Positions 1-9,543 of a stretch of 64,000 nucleotides of DNA are shown here, in pieces. Origin of the DNA: an uncultured Rikenellaceae bacterium. GTDB taxonomy: Bacteria; Bacteroidota; Bacteroidia; Bacteroidales; VadinHA17. The position numbers and the translations under genes were made by a program. The stretch covers positions 97,909 to 161,908 of the forward strand of contig CAYMFM010000002.1 of the NCBI GenBank assembly GCA_964389685.1. The letters are read 5' to 3'. Numbering within the stretch: position 1 is the stretch's first letter; each line of letters starts with the position of its first letter. Below the pieces are notes generated by a model that did no database searches, was not told where the DNA came from, and worked only from the letters and a program-made list of their open reading frames with translations.

Positions 1-2165
1 GTTTTGCCGGCTTTGCTGAATCCATTCGTTTGAAAGGAGATTTTGCCTCCCGTAACTTTCAGTTGCAGGCAGTGGCGAATCCATTTGTACAACACCTCTC
101 CCTCCATGGCATACAATACATTACGGACAGGGTATGCCGGATTGACCTTGATATGTCAGTTGATGGAAAGCAATACACCATTGAAAAGGGGAATATTGAG
201 GTTTCAGGAATGCCATTTGTAACCAATGGATCTTTCACAACCGGTGAAAGCCGGAAGCTTAATCTGATGGTGAATGGAGAGGATCTGAATCTTACCTCTG
301 TTATCAAGCTTTTGCCCGCTACCCATAGAGAGCGTTTCAGCAACTATGCCATGACCGGGAATCTTGATTTTGAAGTGGCTCTGAACGGTAACTATGGAAT
401 AAAAGGACCCCCACTGATCGTGGCACATGGATATCTTGACGGCGCCAGCCTGACTCCCATAAAAGGCAACATAAAAGTTGATAAACTGAAGTTGTCCGGA
501 TATTATTCGAATGGGGTGAAAAGAACCCCTTCCTCAACAAACCTGAAAATTGATGAATTTTCCTGCACTATTGGCAGCAATGAGCTGTCGGGATCATTCA
601 CCATCCAAAACTTCGAACACCCGGAACTGGAATTGCTCATTACCGGATCCGTGGACCTGTCGGAGATACATCATTTTGTTCAAACGGATTCAATCGAGTT
701 CATGACCGGTTCTGTCAGAACCAACCTGCGATTACAAGGTCCGTTGAGAAATTACAAACAGATTACACGTCAGGATATTCAGAACATGAATCCGGTAGGA
801 CAAGCCGTATTGAGAAACGCGGGCATTAAAATAAAGAATGACCCCAAAATCTTTACGGATGTTAATGGTACGTTAATGTTTGGTAAGCACATATGGGTCG
901 ATGATCTGGACATGAAGTTTAATGGTAATCGGTTAACACTGCAGGGCAGATTGGGAAATGCCATTCCGTACCTGTTGACAGGAGAAAAACCATTGTTGAT
1001 TGATGCAGATGTTACAGCAGAAGAGTTTATCCTGGACCGGTTTCTATCCAATGCCGGAAACCGGACCGATTCACTGAATAGCCGATTGGGGATAAATTTT
1101 CCTGAAAACCTTCAAATGAACCTGAGGTTGAATATAGCAGACTATTACCACAGGCAATTTCATGCACAGAACCTCTCCGGAGTTCTCTCCTATCAGCCGG
1201 GAATCATTGCTCTTCAATCCATCGTTTTTGATACCATGGAAGGCCATGTTTCGGGAGACGGGATGATGGCAAAAGCACCAGACGGCACTTATCCGGTGCG
1301 CATTCAAAGCAACATAAACGGATTAGATATTCAAAAACTGTTCGCTACCTTTAATAATTTCGGACAGGAATACATTGTGGATGAAAACTTGAAAGGATCT
1401 GCTTCCGGAGAGATTGATTTCTCCGCTACGTGGGACCGAAATGTAACGATCGATAAACAATCCATTGTTGCTGAAAGCCATGTGATCATAACCCATGGGG
1501 AGTTGATCAATTTTGAACCCATGCTGGGACTTTCCAAGTTTATTGAGGTTGAAGAACTCCAGCACATCCACTTTTCAGAACTTGAAAACGAAATCCTGAT
1601 CAAAGATGAAAAAATCACCATTCCGCAAATGGAGATTCAATCATCAGCCCTGAATATAACACTATCCGGGGTACATGATTTTGAAAACAACATTTTGTAT
1701 AAAACAAAAGTGTTATTATCGGAAATTCTTTTTCGAAAAGCCAAAGACCGAAAGCAGGAAAACGAAGAATTTGGCGTGGTTGAGGATGATGGGCTGGGAA
1801 AGACGAGTCTGTACCTTACCATTACTGGAAAACCGGGAGATATTAAAATTGCATATGACAGAAAAGGAGTTAAGCAGGTTATTTCCGAAAGCATTCAGGA
1901 GGAGAGAAAAGTACTCCGACAGATGTTGAAGGAGGAGTTTGGTTGGTTTAAAAAGGATACTGCCGGGGTTTCTGACAGTGCCACACAACAGAAGGATTAC
2001 CGGTTTACCATCCGTTGGGATGATCGTGATACCGTTATGATAGATACACTGAAGAACGGAACAGCAACAAAACCGGCATTCAGAATTGAGTGGGATGATG
2101 AGGGCCCCGATGTCGATACAACGGGTAAACAAAAGCAGTCAGTTAAGACATCCCGGATGAAATAG
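1..2165 (+). CDS. AsmA/TamB-like envelope protein, 5'-truncated by window edge
   Basis: The frame is open from nt 3 to the TTG at 30, so the gene probably starts upstream of the window. It is a long beta-rich repetitive sequence with a K/E/D-rich tail. The call rests on overall resemblance to the C-terminal halves of Bacteroidota AsmA-family proteins only. Confidence 0.45.
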   Translation, partial: FAGFAESIRLKGDFASRNFQLQAVANPFVQHLSLHGIQYITDRVCRIDLDMSVDGKQYTIEKGNIEVSGMPFVTNGSFTTGESRKLNLMVNGEDLNLTSVIKLLPATHRERFSNYAMTGNLDFEVALNGNYGIKGPPLIVAHGYLDGASLTPIKGNIKVDKLKLSGYYSNGVKRTPSSTNLKIDEFSCTIGSNELSGSFTIQNFEHPELELLITGSVDLSEIHHFVQTDSIEFMTGSVRTNLRLQGPLRNYKQITRQDIQNMNPVGQAVLRNAGIKIKNDPKIFTDVNGTLMFGKHIWVDDLDMKFNGNRLTLQGRLGNAIPYLLTGEKPLLIDADVTAEEFILDRFLSNAGNRTDSLNSRLGINFPENLQMNLRLNIADYYHRQFHAQNLSGVLSYQPGIIALQSIVFDTMEGHVSGDGMMAKAPDGTYPVRIQSNINGLDIQKLFATFNNFGQEYIVDENLKGSASGEIDFSATWDRNVTIDKQSIVAESHVIITHGELINFEPMLGLSKFIEVEELQHIHFSELENEILIKDEKITIPQMEIQSSALNITLSGVHDFENNILYKTKVLLSEILFRKAKDRKQENEEFGVVEDDGLGKTSLYLTITGKPGDIKIAYDRKGVKQVISESIQEERKVLRQMLKEEFGWFKKDTAGVSDSATQQKDYRFTIRWDDRDTVMIDTLKNGTATKPAFRIEWDDEGPDVDTTGKQKQSVKTSRMK

Positions 2166-2208
2166 GAGGTCAGATAAGGTGTTATCATATTAATTAATAC
2201 CCATTGTT

Positions 2209-3360
2209 GTGAATATCTATACGCGGAAACAGCGCTGGAAATTCCTCCTCTTTATGGGGGCAATCGTCATTGGTGTCGGGTCATTGTTATATACGCATCG
2301 ACTGGTATCGGAGTTGAAAGCTGAGGAGAGAGAAAAGGTGGAACTTTGGGCTCAGGCAACGAGGAAATTAATTGAGATAGATATCGAAGAGACCGATTTT
2401 GGTTTCCTCTTCAAGGTCATTGAAAATAACAATACCGTTCCTGTTATAATGGTTGATTCAGAAGGAGATACCATTTCGACACGGAACCTGGATCCCGATA
2501 AGCTGAAAAATCCAGAGTACATCCGGAGACAGCTCAAAACGATGGCAGCAGTGCATGAACCAATAGAAATACCCTTATCGGGGGGAGAAAAAAACTACAT
2601 CTTTTATCGCGACAGTACCATCCTGACCAAGCTTCTCTATTTTCCATACATTCAACTTGGGGTGATCCTGTTGTTCATTATCGTATCGTATCTGGCATTT
2701 AGTTCATCCCGCAAAGCGGAACAAAACCAGGTCTGGGTAGGCTTATCAAAAGAAACAGCACATCAACTCGGCACACCAACCTCAGCACTGATTGCCTGGG
2801 TTGAGTTATTAAGGTTGAAAAAACTGGACAGGGAAAACCTGATGGAGTTTGAAAAGGATGTTGGCAGACTGGAAAAAATAACACAACGGTTTTCTAAAAT
2901 CGGATCGCATCCCGAAATGGTTAAAACAAACATCGTCCCGGTGATTCAACATGCTGTCGGATACATAAAAAGCAGGTCTTCAGAAAAGGTGCGTTTTATC
3001 CTGAATTTTACAGCGGATAATGAATGGATGGTCCAGTTGAATCCCGAATTGTTTGAATGGGTCATTGAGAACCTTTGCAAGAATGCCGTCGATTCCATGA
3101 ATGGTAAGGGGACCATTGAAGTAACCATGACCGACAACGCGAAGACACTGTATATTGATATAAAAGATCAGGGGAAAGGCATCCCTAAATCGAGGCATAA
3201 AACGATTTTCAAACCCGGATATACCACCAAGGAGAGGGGGTGGGGATTGGGCCTCTCCCTCTCAAAAAGAATCATCGAAATGTATCATGGAGGAAAGATC
3301 TTTGTCCTGCATTCGGAAAGCAACAAGGGGACAACCTTTCGCATTGGATTAAAAAAATAG
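2209..3360 (+). CDS. sensor histidine kinase
   Basis: GTG start and two N-terminal TM segments. H-box HQLGTPTSAL, then HATPase_c boxes (ENLCKNAVDS, DQGKGIP, GWGLGLS). Confidence 0.85.
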   Translation: MNIYTRKQRWKFLLFMGAIVIGVGSLLYTHRLVSELKAEEREKVELWAQATRKLIEIDIEETDFGFLFKVIENNNTVPVIMVDSEGDTISTRNLDPDKLKNPEYIRRQLKTMAAVHEPIEIPLSGGEKNYIFYRDSTILTKLLYFPYIQLGVILLFIIVSYLAFSSSRKAEQNQVWVGLSKETAHQLGTPTSALIAWVELLRLKKLDRENLMEFEKDVGRLEKITQRFSKIGSHPEMVKTNIVPVIQHAVGYIKSRSSEKVRFILNFTADNEWMVQLNPELFEWVIENLCKNAVDSMNGKGTIEVTMTDNAKTLYIDIKDQGKGIPKSRHKTIFKPGYTTKERGWGLGLSLSKRIIEMYHGGKIFVLHSESNKGTTFRIGLKK

Positions 3361-3375
3361 AGGGAAATCCGCGCG

Positions 3376-4638
3376 GTGAAATATACCAGGAAAGAGATAG
3401 AATTAATGGCTCCGGCCGGCTCGTTTGAATCCCTGATTGCAGCTGTGCAGGGAGGGGCTGATTCCGTCTATTTTGGGGTGGAAAAACTCAACATGAGAGC
3501 GAAGTCTTCACGCAATTTTTCCATCCGGGATCTCTCCCGGATTGTATCCATCTGCCGGGAGAATAACCTGAAATCCTACCTTACCCTCAACACCATCATG
3601 TATGATGAAGACCTTGCCCGGATGCGGAAAATAATCCATACCGTTAAAGATTCCGGAATAACAGCAATCATTGCATCGGATCAGGCGGTGATGAATTATG
3701 CTTTTGAAGCAGGAGTTGAAGTGCATATTTCCACACAACTGAATATTAGCAATATAGAGGCATTAAAATTCTATACACGGTATGCCGATGTTGTGGTTTT
3801 AGCACGGGAACTCAACCTGGATCAGGTTCATGCTATTTACAATCAAATCGTTGACCAGAAGATAACGGGGCCCGGCGGTGAATTGATCCGGATTGAACTG
3901 TTTGCACACGGAGCACTTTGTATGGCCATATCCGGAAAATGCTATTTAAGTCTGCATGAGAGTGACCATTCGGCAAACCGCGGAATGTGTTTGCAAACCT
4001 GCAGGAAGGGATACACCGTAACGGAAAAGGAATCGGGTTACCAGCTGGAGATAGAGAATGAATACATCATGTCCCCGAAAGACCTGAATACCATAGGATT
4101 TTTAGACAAAATACTGGATGCCGGCGTAAGGGTGCTGAAAATAGAGGGGAGAGCAAGACCACCCGAATACGTCAAAACAGTAGCTGCCTGCTATGATGAG
4201 GCCATTGCATCCTGTATTGACGGAACCTATGGTGAAGTGAAAATCAAAGAATGGAACAAGCGGTTAGCCGAAGTATTCAACCGCGGATTCTGGGATGGAT
4301 ATTACCTGGGTCAGAGAATGGGAGAGTGGAGCAAGGGTTACGGGTCCCGTGCAACAAAGCGAAAAATCTATATCGGGAAGGGGATGAATTATTTCTCGAA
4401 GATCGGTGTTGCAGAATTTAAGATTGAGACCGGTTCGGTGCATCTCGGGGATGAGATCCTCATTACCGGACCAACCACCGGAGTCATTGAAACCACTGTC
4501 CGGGAAATCCGGGTTGATCTGAACAGTGTTGAGAAAGCCAGTAAAGGAGAGAATTGTTCTATCCCGATCGATAGCGTGGTGAGAAGAGCGGATAAACTGT
4601 ATAAAGTGGTGAATGCTAACGAAGTGAAACAGCAATAA
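3376..4638 (+). CDS. U32-family protein (peptidase U32 / Fe-S hydroxylase family, TrhP/RlhA-like)
   Basis: N-terminal IELMAPAGS...GADSVYFG signature of the U32 family. Four-Cys motif C182-x6-C189-x15-C205-x3-C209. Confidence 0.85.
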   Translation: MKYTRKEIELMAPAGSFESLIAAVQGGADSVYFGVEKLNMRAKSSRNFSIRDLSRIVSICRENNLKSYLTLNTIMYDEDLARMRKIIHTVKDSGITAIIASDQAVMNYAFEAGVEVHISTQLNISNIEALKFYTRYADVVVLARELNLDQVHAIYNQIVDQKITGPGGELIRIELFAHGALCMAISGKCYLSLHESDHSANRGMCLQTCRKGYTVTEKESGYQLEIENEYIMSPKDLNTIGFLDKILDAGVRVLKIEGRARPPEYVKTVAACYDEAIASCIDGTYGEVKIKEWNKRLAEVFNRGFWDGYYLGQRMGEWSKGYGSRATKRKIYIGKGMNYFSKIGVAEFKIETGSVHLGDEILITGPTTGVIETTVREIRVDLNSVEKASKGENCSIPIDSVVRRADKLYKVVNANEVKQQ

Positions 4639-4640
4639 CA

Positions 4641-5411
4641 TCAGCGATGATACCGGCGAATTTCATCCAGGTATTTTTCACGGATCAGTTTGAGTTTGTC
4701 GAGACTGCACTCTTTCTCATATATCCTGACCACATCGGTTAGATCATTCCGGTACAACACACCCAGGGCGGCATCGAAATTCCGGTTATCGATGTTGTTC
4801 TTGATCGAAAAGGTGATCTGTTCAAACAGTTTCCAGTTCAGCTGTGCGGGGATCTCAAGATAATACATCTGGAGGTCAACCAGGTCTTTAAAGATGCCCT
4901 CCTCAATTTCTTTCAATTCAAAGTACTTGTTAATTTTAATGAGTCCTTGTTTATTGTAGTTCCTTTTGCGCATGAATTCAATGCCTTCCGATTGGTAGCA
5001 GCTCTGGAGTTCCGGAATAAACTGGAAGCTTGGCAGATCTTTTATCCGGATACAACTCAATTTTGAATTAAAGATGTGGAGCACTCCCTGTCGGGCAGCA
5101 AAGCTCTGTTTGAAATATTGCCTGATTTTTTGTGAGATACGCAGAATGTTCTCTTCAATATATTCTTTCTTGGTTACCAGAAAGATGTAGTGTGGGATCG
5201 GTTCGGAAGGAAGATTTTCTCCGTGATATCCGGGAAAGGGTTTGGAAGCTTCCAGGACAAAGGTATTATCCAGGATGTTGGATTCAAGTGTATGTAGTTG
5301 TTCAACCTTTGTTATTGAACCGAACGTTTCGATGGTAACCTTTTCTGCCATAATGAACGGATGAATAAGAGCTACAAATGTATAGGAATTTGGTAAAAAT
5401 CCAAACCCCAT
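4641..5411 (-). CDS. hypothetical protein (no recognisable motifs)
   Basis: Long ORF immediately downstream of selU on the same strand. There are two candidate ATG starts (5411, or 5351 giving MAEKVTIE...). I recognise no family motif. Confidence 0.5.
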   Translation of the reverse strand: MGFGFLPNSYTFVALIHPFIMAEKVTIETFGSITKVEQLHTLESNILDNTFVLEASKPFPGYHGENLPSEPIPHYIFLVTKKEYIEENILRISQKIRQYFKQSFAARQGVLHIFNSKLSCIRIKDLPSFQFIPELQSCYQSEGIEFMRKRNYNKQGLIKINKYFELKEIEEGIFKDLVDLQMYYLEIPAQLNWKLFEQITFSIKNNIDNRNFDAALGVLYRNDLTDVVRIYEKECSLDKLKLIREKYLDEIRRYHR

Positions 5412-5456
5412 TGTGTGTTGAGGAGGGAACGCTATTGACAGGAGAAGGAGTCTTAC

Positions 5457-6491
5457 TCAGATCAGGTGATGTCTCTCTGCAAAGGCAAGGATACGGTTGG
5501 CATTTTCGTCGGGATTATCCCCGTGGAGATGAATCGTATGGACCGTTTGGGCATCCCTTCGGTTCAGTCCGTAGTCATAGGTTTTATCGTAGTAGGAAAG
5601 GCTAAGTTCAATGGCTTTGGTAAATTGTAACCGGTCAATGGCATCGAATGCGATGCGTGCATTTTCTTCGCCCAACCGTTTCCTGATTCGTGAAACAGCA
5701 TCTTTTAACTGGTCGGGTGGAAAGGTGGCATATTCTCTTTCCAGTCGTTTTACACGCAAGTCAAAATCCATGTCAATTTTGATCACGGGACTTCTTTTCA
5801 TCTGATAAAACAGTTCATCCGGGATAAACACGGATCCGACGGCTTTGCTTTCATCTTCCAGCCAGACTGGAAACGTGGGATCCATGGTCTGCCATTGGGT
5901 AAAGAGGTTGTTCTCAAATTGCTCACCCGTGGGTTGGGTTTCCTGGCCAATGCCCCCGAAGGCAGAGCCTTTGTGATGTGCAATACTTTCGAGATCAATG
6001 GTTTGTTGGCCAAGGGAGTGAAGCCGGTTCAGGATTTCAGTTTTTCCGGATCCTGTAAAACCTCCAAGGATGATCAGTTTCATGGATTTTGTGAACGACT
6101 GCCTGAGATGCCGTCGGTAAGACCGGTAACCCCCTTCAAGGGTTTCGCATTGAATGCCGGAAGCACGAAAAAGCAACGCCATATTTTCGCTGCGCATGCC
6201 ACCCCGCCAGCAATGCAGAAGTAGCGAAGATCCCTGTGCAATCTCAAGGGCTTGTTCAACCATCCCAACCATCCTGGGTCGGACAAATTTCAGTCCCAGT
6301 AAAATAGCGCTATCACGGTTTCTCTTTCTGTATTCTATACCAATAGCCGCTCTCTCCTCGTCATTGAACAGGGGGATGTTGAACGCTTCCGGAATGTGTC
6401 CTTTTGCATATTCGGAAGGGGATCGTACGTCTACGACAGGCAACTGGTTCATCCTGTCGAGAAAATCACCGATGGATAGTCTATGCGTCAT
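5457..6491 (-). CDS. selU: tRNA 2-selenouridine(34) synthase
   Basis: N-terminal rhodanese domain (VDVRSPSEYAKGHIPEAFNIPLF, active-site loop HCWRGGMRS) followed by a P-loop GGFTGSGKT. The ATG at 6491 is preferred over the upstream TTG at 6527. Confidence 0.85.
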   Translation of the reverse strand: MTHRLSIGDFLDRMNQLPVVDVRSPSEYAKGHIPEAFNIPLFNDEERAAIGIEYRKRNRDSAILLGLKFVRPRMVGMVEQALEIAQGSSLLLHCWRGGMRSENMALLFRASGIQCETLEGGYRSYRRHLRQSFTKSMKLIILGGFTGSGKTEILNRLHSLGQQTIDLESIAHHKGSAFGGIGQETQPTGEQFENNLFTQWQTMDPTFPVWLEDESKAVGSVFIPDELFYQMKRSPVIKIDMDFDLRVKRLEREYATFPPDQLKDAVSRIRKRLGEENARIAFDAIDRLQFTKAIELSLSYYDKTYDYGLNRRDAQTVHTIHLHGDNPDENANRILAFAERHHLI

Positions 6492-6609
6492 ACAAGTAGG
6501 ATGGTCGCAGGAGTACGAAGCCTCCAATCAAACGGGAATAATCAATGCTAAGAACAATCAATACCGGGAATCATGGGCAGTCATTATCCATTGAGAAAAT
6601 TATCCAAGT

Positions 6610-9456
6610 TTAGTTTGCCGGTTCGGAGAACCACTTGATCAGCACTCTTTTGATTTCGTCAACGCGAATGGGTTTGGGAATGTAATCATCCATACCGGCT
6701 TTAATCACTTTTTCTCTCGATTCAATATTTGTATCCGCAGTAACAGCAACGATTGGCATATCATACCCCATTTCCCGAACACTTTTTGTTGCATCAAAAC
6801 CATCTTTTTCCGGCATCATGATATCCATGAAAATGATATTAAAGGGTTGTTTTTTCACCTTTTCCACCACATCGTTGCCGTTAACTGCGATGGAAATTTC
6901 AAAGCCAAGGTTTTTGAAAATGCTTTTCGCCACCTTCTGGTTGATGAGGTTATCCTCCGCAACGAGAATTTGCAGTCCTTCCCGAATGGCAACCAGACTC
7001 GGAATTTCTTCCTCTTCAATCTTTATGTGTATGAAATTATCCTGTATGATGTCAAATATTTCAGATGACTGGAAGGGCTGGATCAGGTAATAATCCACGC
7101 CTAATTTTTTACTTCGTGCAAAATTTCCTTTTTTATCGTTTGAGCTAAGAATGATCAGTAAAAATTCATTCGTGAGTTTATTTTGGTGCAACGTTTGCGC
7201 AACCTGGAAGCCATCAAAGGTTGCGTTATCATTGATGATGATCATTTTATAGCTTTCCGATTTATTGGTTGCATTGGATTTGATAACATTAATGGTTCTG
7301 TCCTGGTAATTGGTAACGTAGGTGGATATCCCGAAGTTCTGCAGTGTTTCCAGGAGGATGTCTTCTTTATGGGTTTTTTCGTTAATGATCAGCGTTTTAA
7401 TCTGGTGATATTTTGTTATCTCATCCACGCCAATCTCTTTCCTTATTTTTTCATTTGAAAATACTTCAATGGTAAAACTGAAACGGGATCCGGGAAATTC
7501 AGGATTTGCGGATATTCGTGATGGTGATTCAGCCCATATTTTACCCCCCATTAAATTCACAAGCTGTTTGGAAATGGCTATTCCCAGACCGGTCCCGCCA
7601 TATTTTCTGGTTGTGGATCCGTCAGCTTGAGTAAAGGAATCGAACATAGTACCAAGATGCTCTTTTGGGATACCGATGCCTGTATCTTCAATATCAAATT
7701 GCAATGTAATGTTTCCGCAATACTCCTCAACGCGTGTAGCCCGCAGGTTCACTTTTCCTTCTTTTGAAAATTTGATGGCATTATCGAGCAGGTTCGAAAG
7801 AACCTGGCGCAACCGGAATGGATCACCGATGATATTGTCCGGAACATCCGGTTCAATATCCATGGTTAACTCGAGTCCTTTATCCTCTGCTTTTGCCGTA
7901 AATAGCTGAAGGGCAAAGGAAATTTCATGTCCAAGCCGGAACGGGATCTCTTCCAGCATCATTTTTCCTGCTTCGATTTTTGAGAAGTCGAGGATGTCAT
8001 TAATGATGGAAAGCAGAAGATCTGCGGATTTTCGGATAATGCTTATAAATTCCTGCTGTTCTTTATTTGGTTTATGTTGCGAAAATGCATCCGCCATTCC
8101 AATAATGCCATTGAGCGGAGTACGGATCTCATGGCTCATTTTCGCCAGGAAATCCGATTTGGCTTCATTTGCCAGTGCTTCCTGTTTTCTGGCTTTTTCT
8201 AACGGAGTGACATCGATAAACGCTTCAAGAAGAACCTCCTCACCCTGCAGAACAATGGGAATTTCCCGTTTGTAAATGACAATTTCATCTCCATTCTTCT
8301 CATAGGTTATGAATTGATTTGCATCAAAAGGAAATCCAAATTTATTCAGATGTAGTAAATTTTTCCCGATAAGGAACCGGTCTGAAATATCTTTACCAAC
8401 CAGCTCTTTCTCTCCTTCAAGAGAAAGCATTTCAAGAGCCGTTTTGTTGGCTTTCTGTATCTTTTTATCCTTATCTACTACCAGGACACCAATGGGTAAT
8501 GATTCAAGGATCTGTTTTAACACCAGTTCGGATTCTTTCAGTATTTGCTGTTCGTTTCTATTTTTGAAGATAAAGAATAGTAGAATTAAAATGATCAGTG
8601 AGATAAACAGCAGGGTTACGATCACAATGATGATGGCATTTTTTGCCACGGCTTTTGCAATAAAATCGGTTTTAAGCGAAAAGACAATACCAAATTCCAT
8701 ACCCAGGATCGTGGTGGGATAGAATGCAGAAATGATCTCCTGCTCCTCTCCATCCAGGATAATCGCATGCTTGATCGTTCCCTGAAATCCTTCGAAAAGA
8801 TCGTCCGTGATTTTGTAAAGATGCGTGACATTTAACTCATCTTTTGTGAGATTATTCGACAGGATCCTGGCTTCTTCACCGAGTTCAATCAACCATTGCC
8901 ACTGGGTGGATCCGAGATGCGATTTTTCAAACACCCAATTGATGTAATTGATGTAATTGATACTCACTTCGATGTTTCCGACAACCCTGTTATCCTTGAA
9001 AACCGGCAGGTAGTATAAGGTGTTATTATCAACGGTTTCCATTCTTTTCCAGGGTTGCAGTTCCCTTTGATTATGTGATTGATAACTGTCGTGGATGAAT
9101 TGATTGTTCTTGTCTTTAACAATACTGAAAACGTTCTTACGGTTGTCATAAATCTGGATCTGGTTAACAAGTTGTTCGTACTTGGAATAGAAAATCTCAA
9201 ACTGGCTGATCGTTTTGGTCTGGAGCTCCTTGTTGTCAAATATTCTTACCAGATTGTTGGAGAAGAGAATCTTGTTGGCATCGCTTTGGAATTCCTGCTC
9301 TGTCTGCTCGATTTCATAGCCACAGATCTGAGTTTGTTTCAGCAGAAAGTCTTTCTGAAAGTCAATTTGTTGATCATAGATATCAAAGTAATAGTAGATA
9401 TTGACCGCCAGGGTAATAACAATCAGCGCTGCTACGGAGAAATATATTTTTTTCAT
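6610..9456 (-). CDS. hybrid sensor histidine kinase/response regulator
   Basis: Two TM segments flank a roughly 250 aa periplasmic domain. Then a PAS-like segment, H-box SHEIRTPLNG, HATPase_c (GTGLGIAIS), a degenerate receiver-like domain, and a canonical C-terminal receiver (VAEDN...FMDIMMPEKDG...PKP). Confidence 0.9.
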   Translation of the reverse strand: MKKIYFSVAALIVITLAVNIYYYFDIYDQQIDFQKDFLLKQTQICGYEIEQTEQEFQSDANKILFSNNLVRIFDNKELQTKTISQFEIFYSKYEQLVNQIQIYDNRKNVFSIVKDKNNQFIHDSYQSHNQRELQPWKRMETVDNNTLYYLPVFKDNRVVGNIEVSINYINYINWVFEKSHLGSTQWQWLIELGEEARILSNNLTKDELNVTHLYKITDDLFEGFQGTIKHAIILDGEEQEIISAFYPTTILGMEFGIVFSLKTDFIAKAVAKNAIIIVIVTLLFISLIILILLFFIFKNRNEQQILKESELVLKQILESLPIGVLVVDKDKKIQKANKTALEMLSLEGEKELVGKDISDRFLIGKNLLHLNKFGFPFDANQFITYEKNGDEIVIYKREIPIVLQGEEVLLEAFIDVTPLEKARKQEALANEAKSDFLAKMSHEIRTPLNGIIGMADAFSQHKPNKEQQEFISIIRKSADLLLSIINDILDFSKIEAGKMMLEEIPFRLGHEISFALQLFTAKAEDKGLELTMDIEPDVPDNIIGDPFRLRQVLSNLLDNAIKFSKEGKVNLRATRVEEYCGNITLQFDIEDTGIGIPKEHLGTMFDSFTQADGSTTRKYGGTGLGIAISKQLVNLMGGKIWAESPSRISANPEFPGSRFSFTIEVFSNEKIRKEIGVDEITKYHQIKTLIINEKTHKEDILLETLQNFGISTYVTNYQDRTINVIKSNATNKSESYKMIIINDNATFDGFQVAQTLHQNKLTNEFLLIILSSNDKKGNFARSKKLGVDYYLIQPFQSSEIFDIIQDNFIHIKIEEEEIPSLVAIREGLQILVAEDNLINQKVAKSIFKNLGFEISIAVNGNDVVEKVKKQPFNIIFMDIMMPEKDGFDATKSVREMGYDMPIVAVTADTNIESREKVIKAGMDDYIPKPIRVDEIKRVLIKWFSEPAN

Positions 9457-9543
9457 TGAAAAACGTACACACTTAGGTTTTTAAAAATATAAATTACCGG
9501 ACAACTAACGATGGGAAACTTGATTTTTTTTTTATTTTTCTCG

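Noticed and set aside
5457-6527. selU as evidence for selenocysteine recoding (in-frame TGA genes) in this window
   Set aside because: SelU modifies tRNA wobble uridine and is independent of Sec insertion. I saw no pair of adjacent same-frame ORFs separated by a single TGA that would suggest a selenoprotein.
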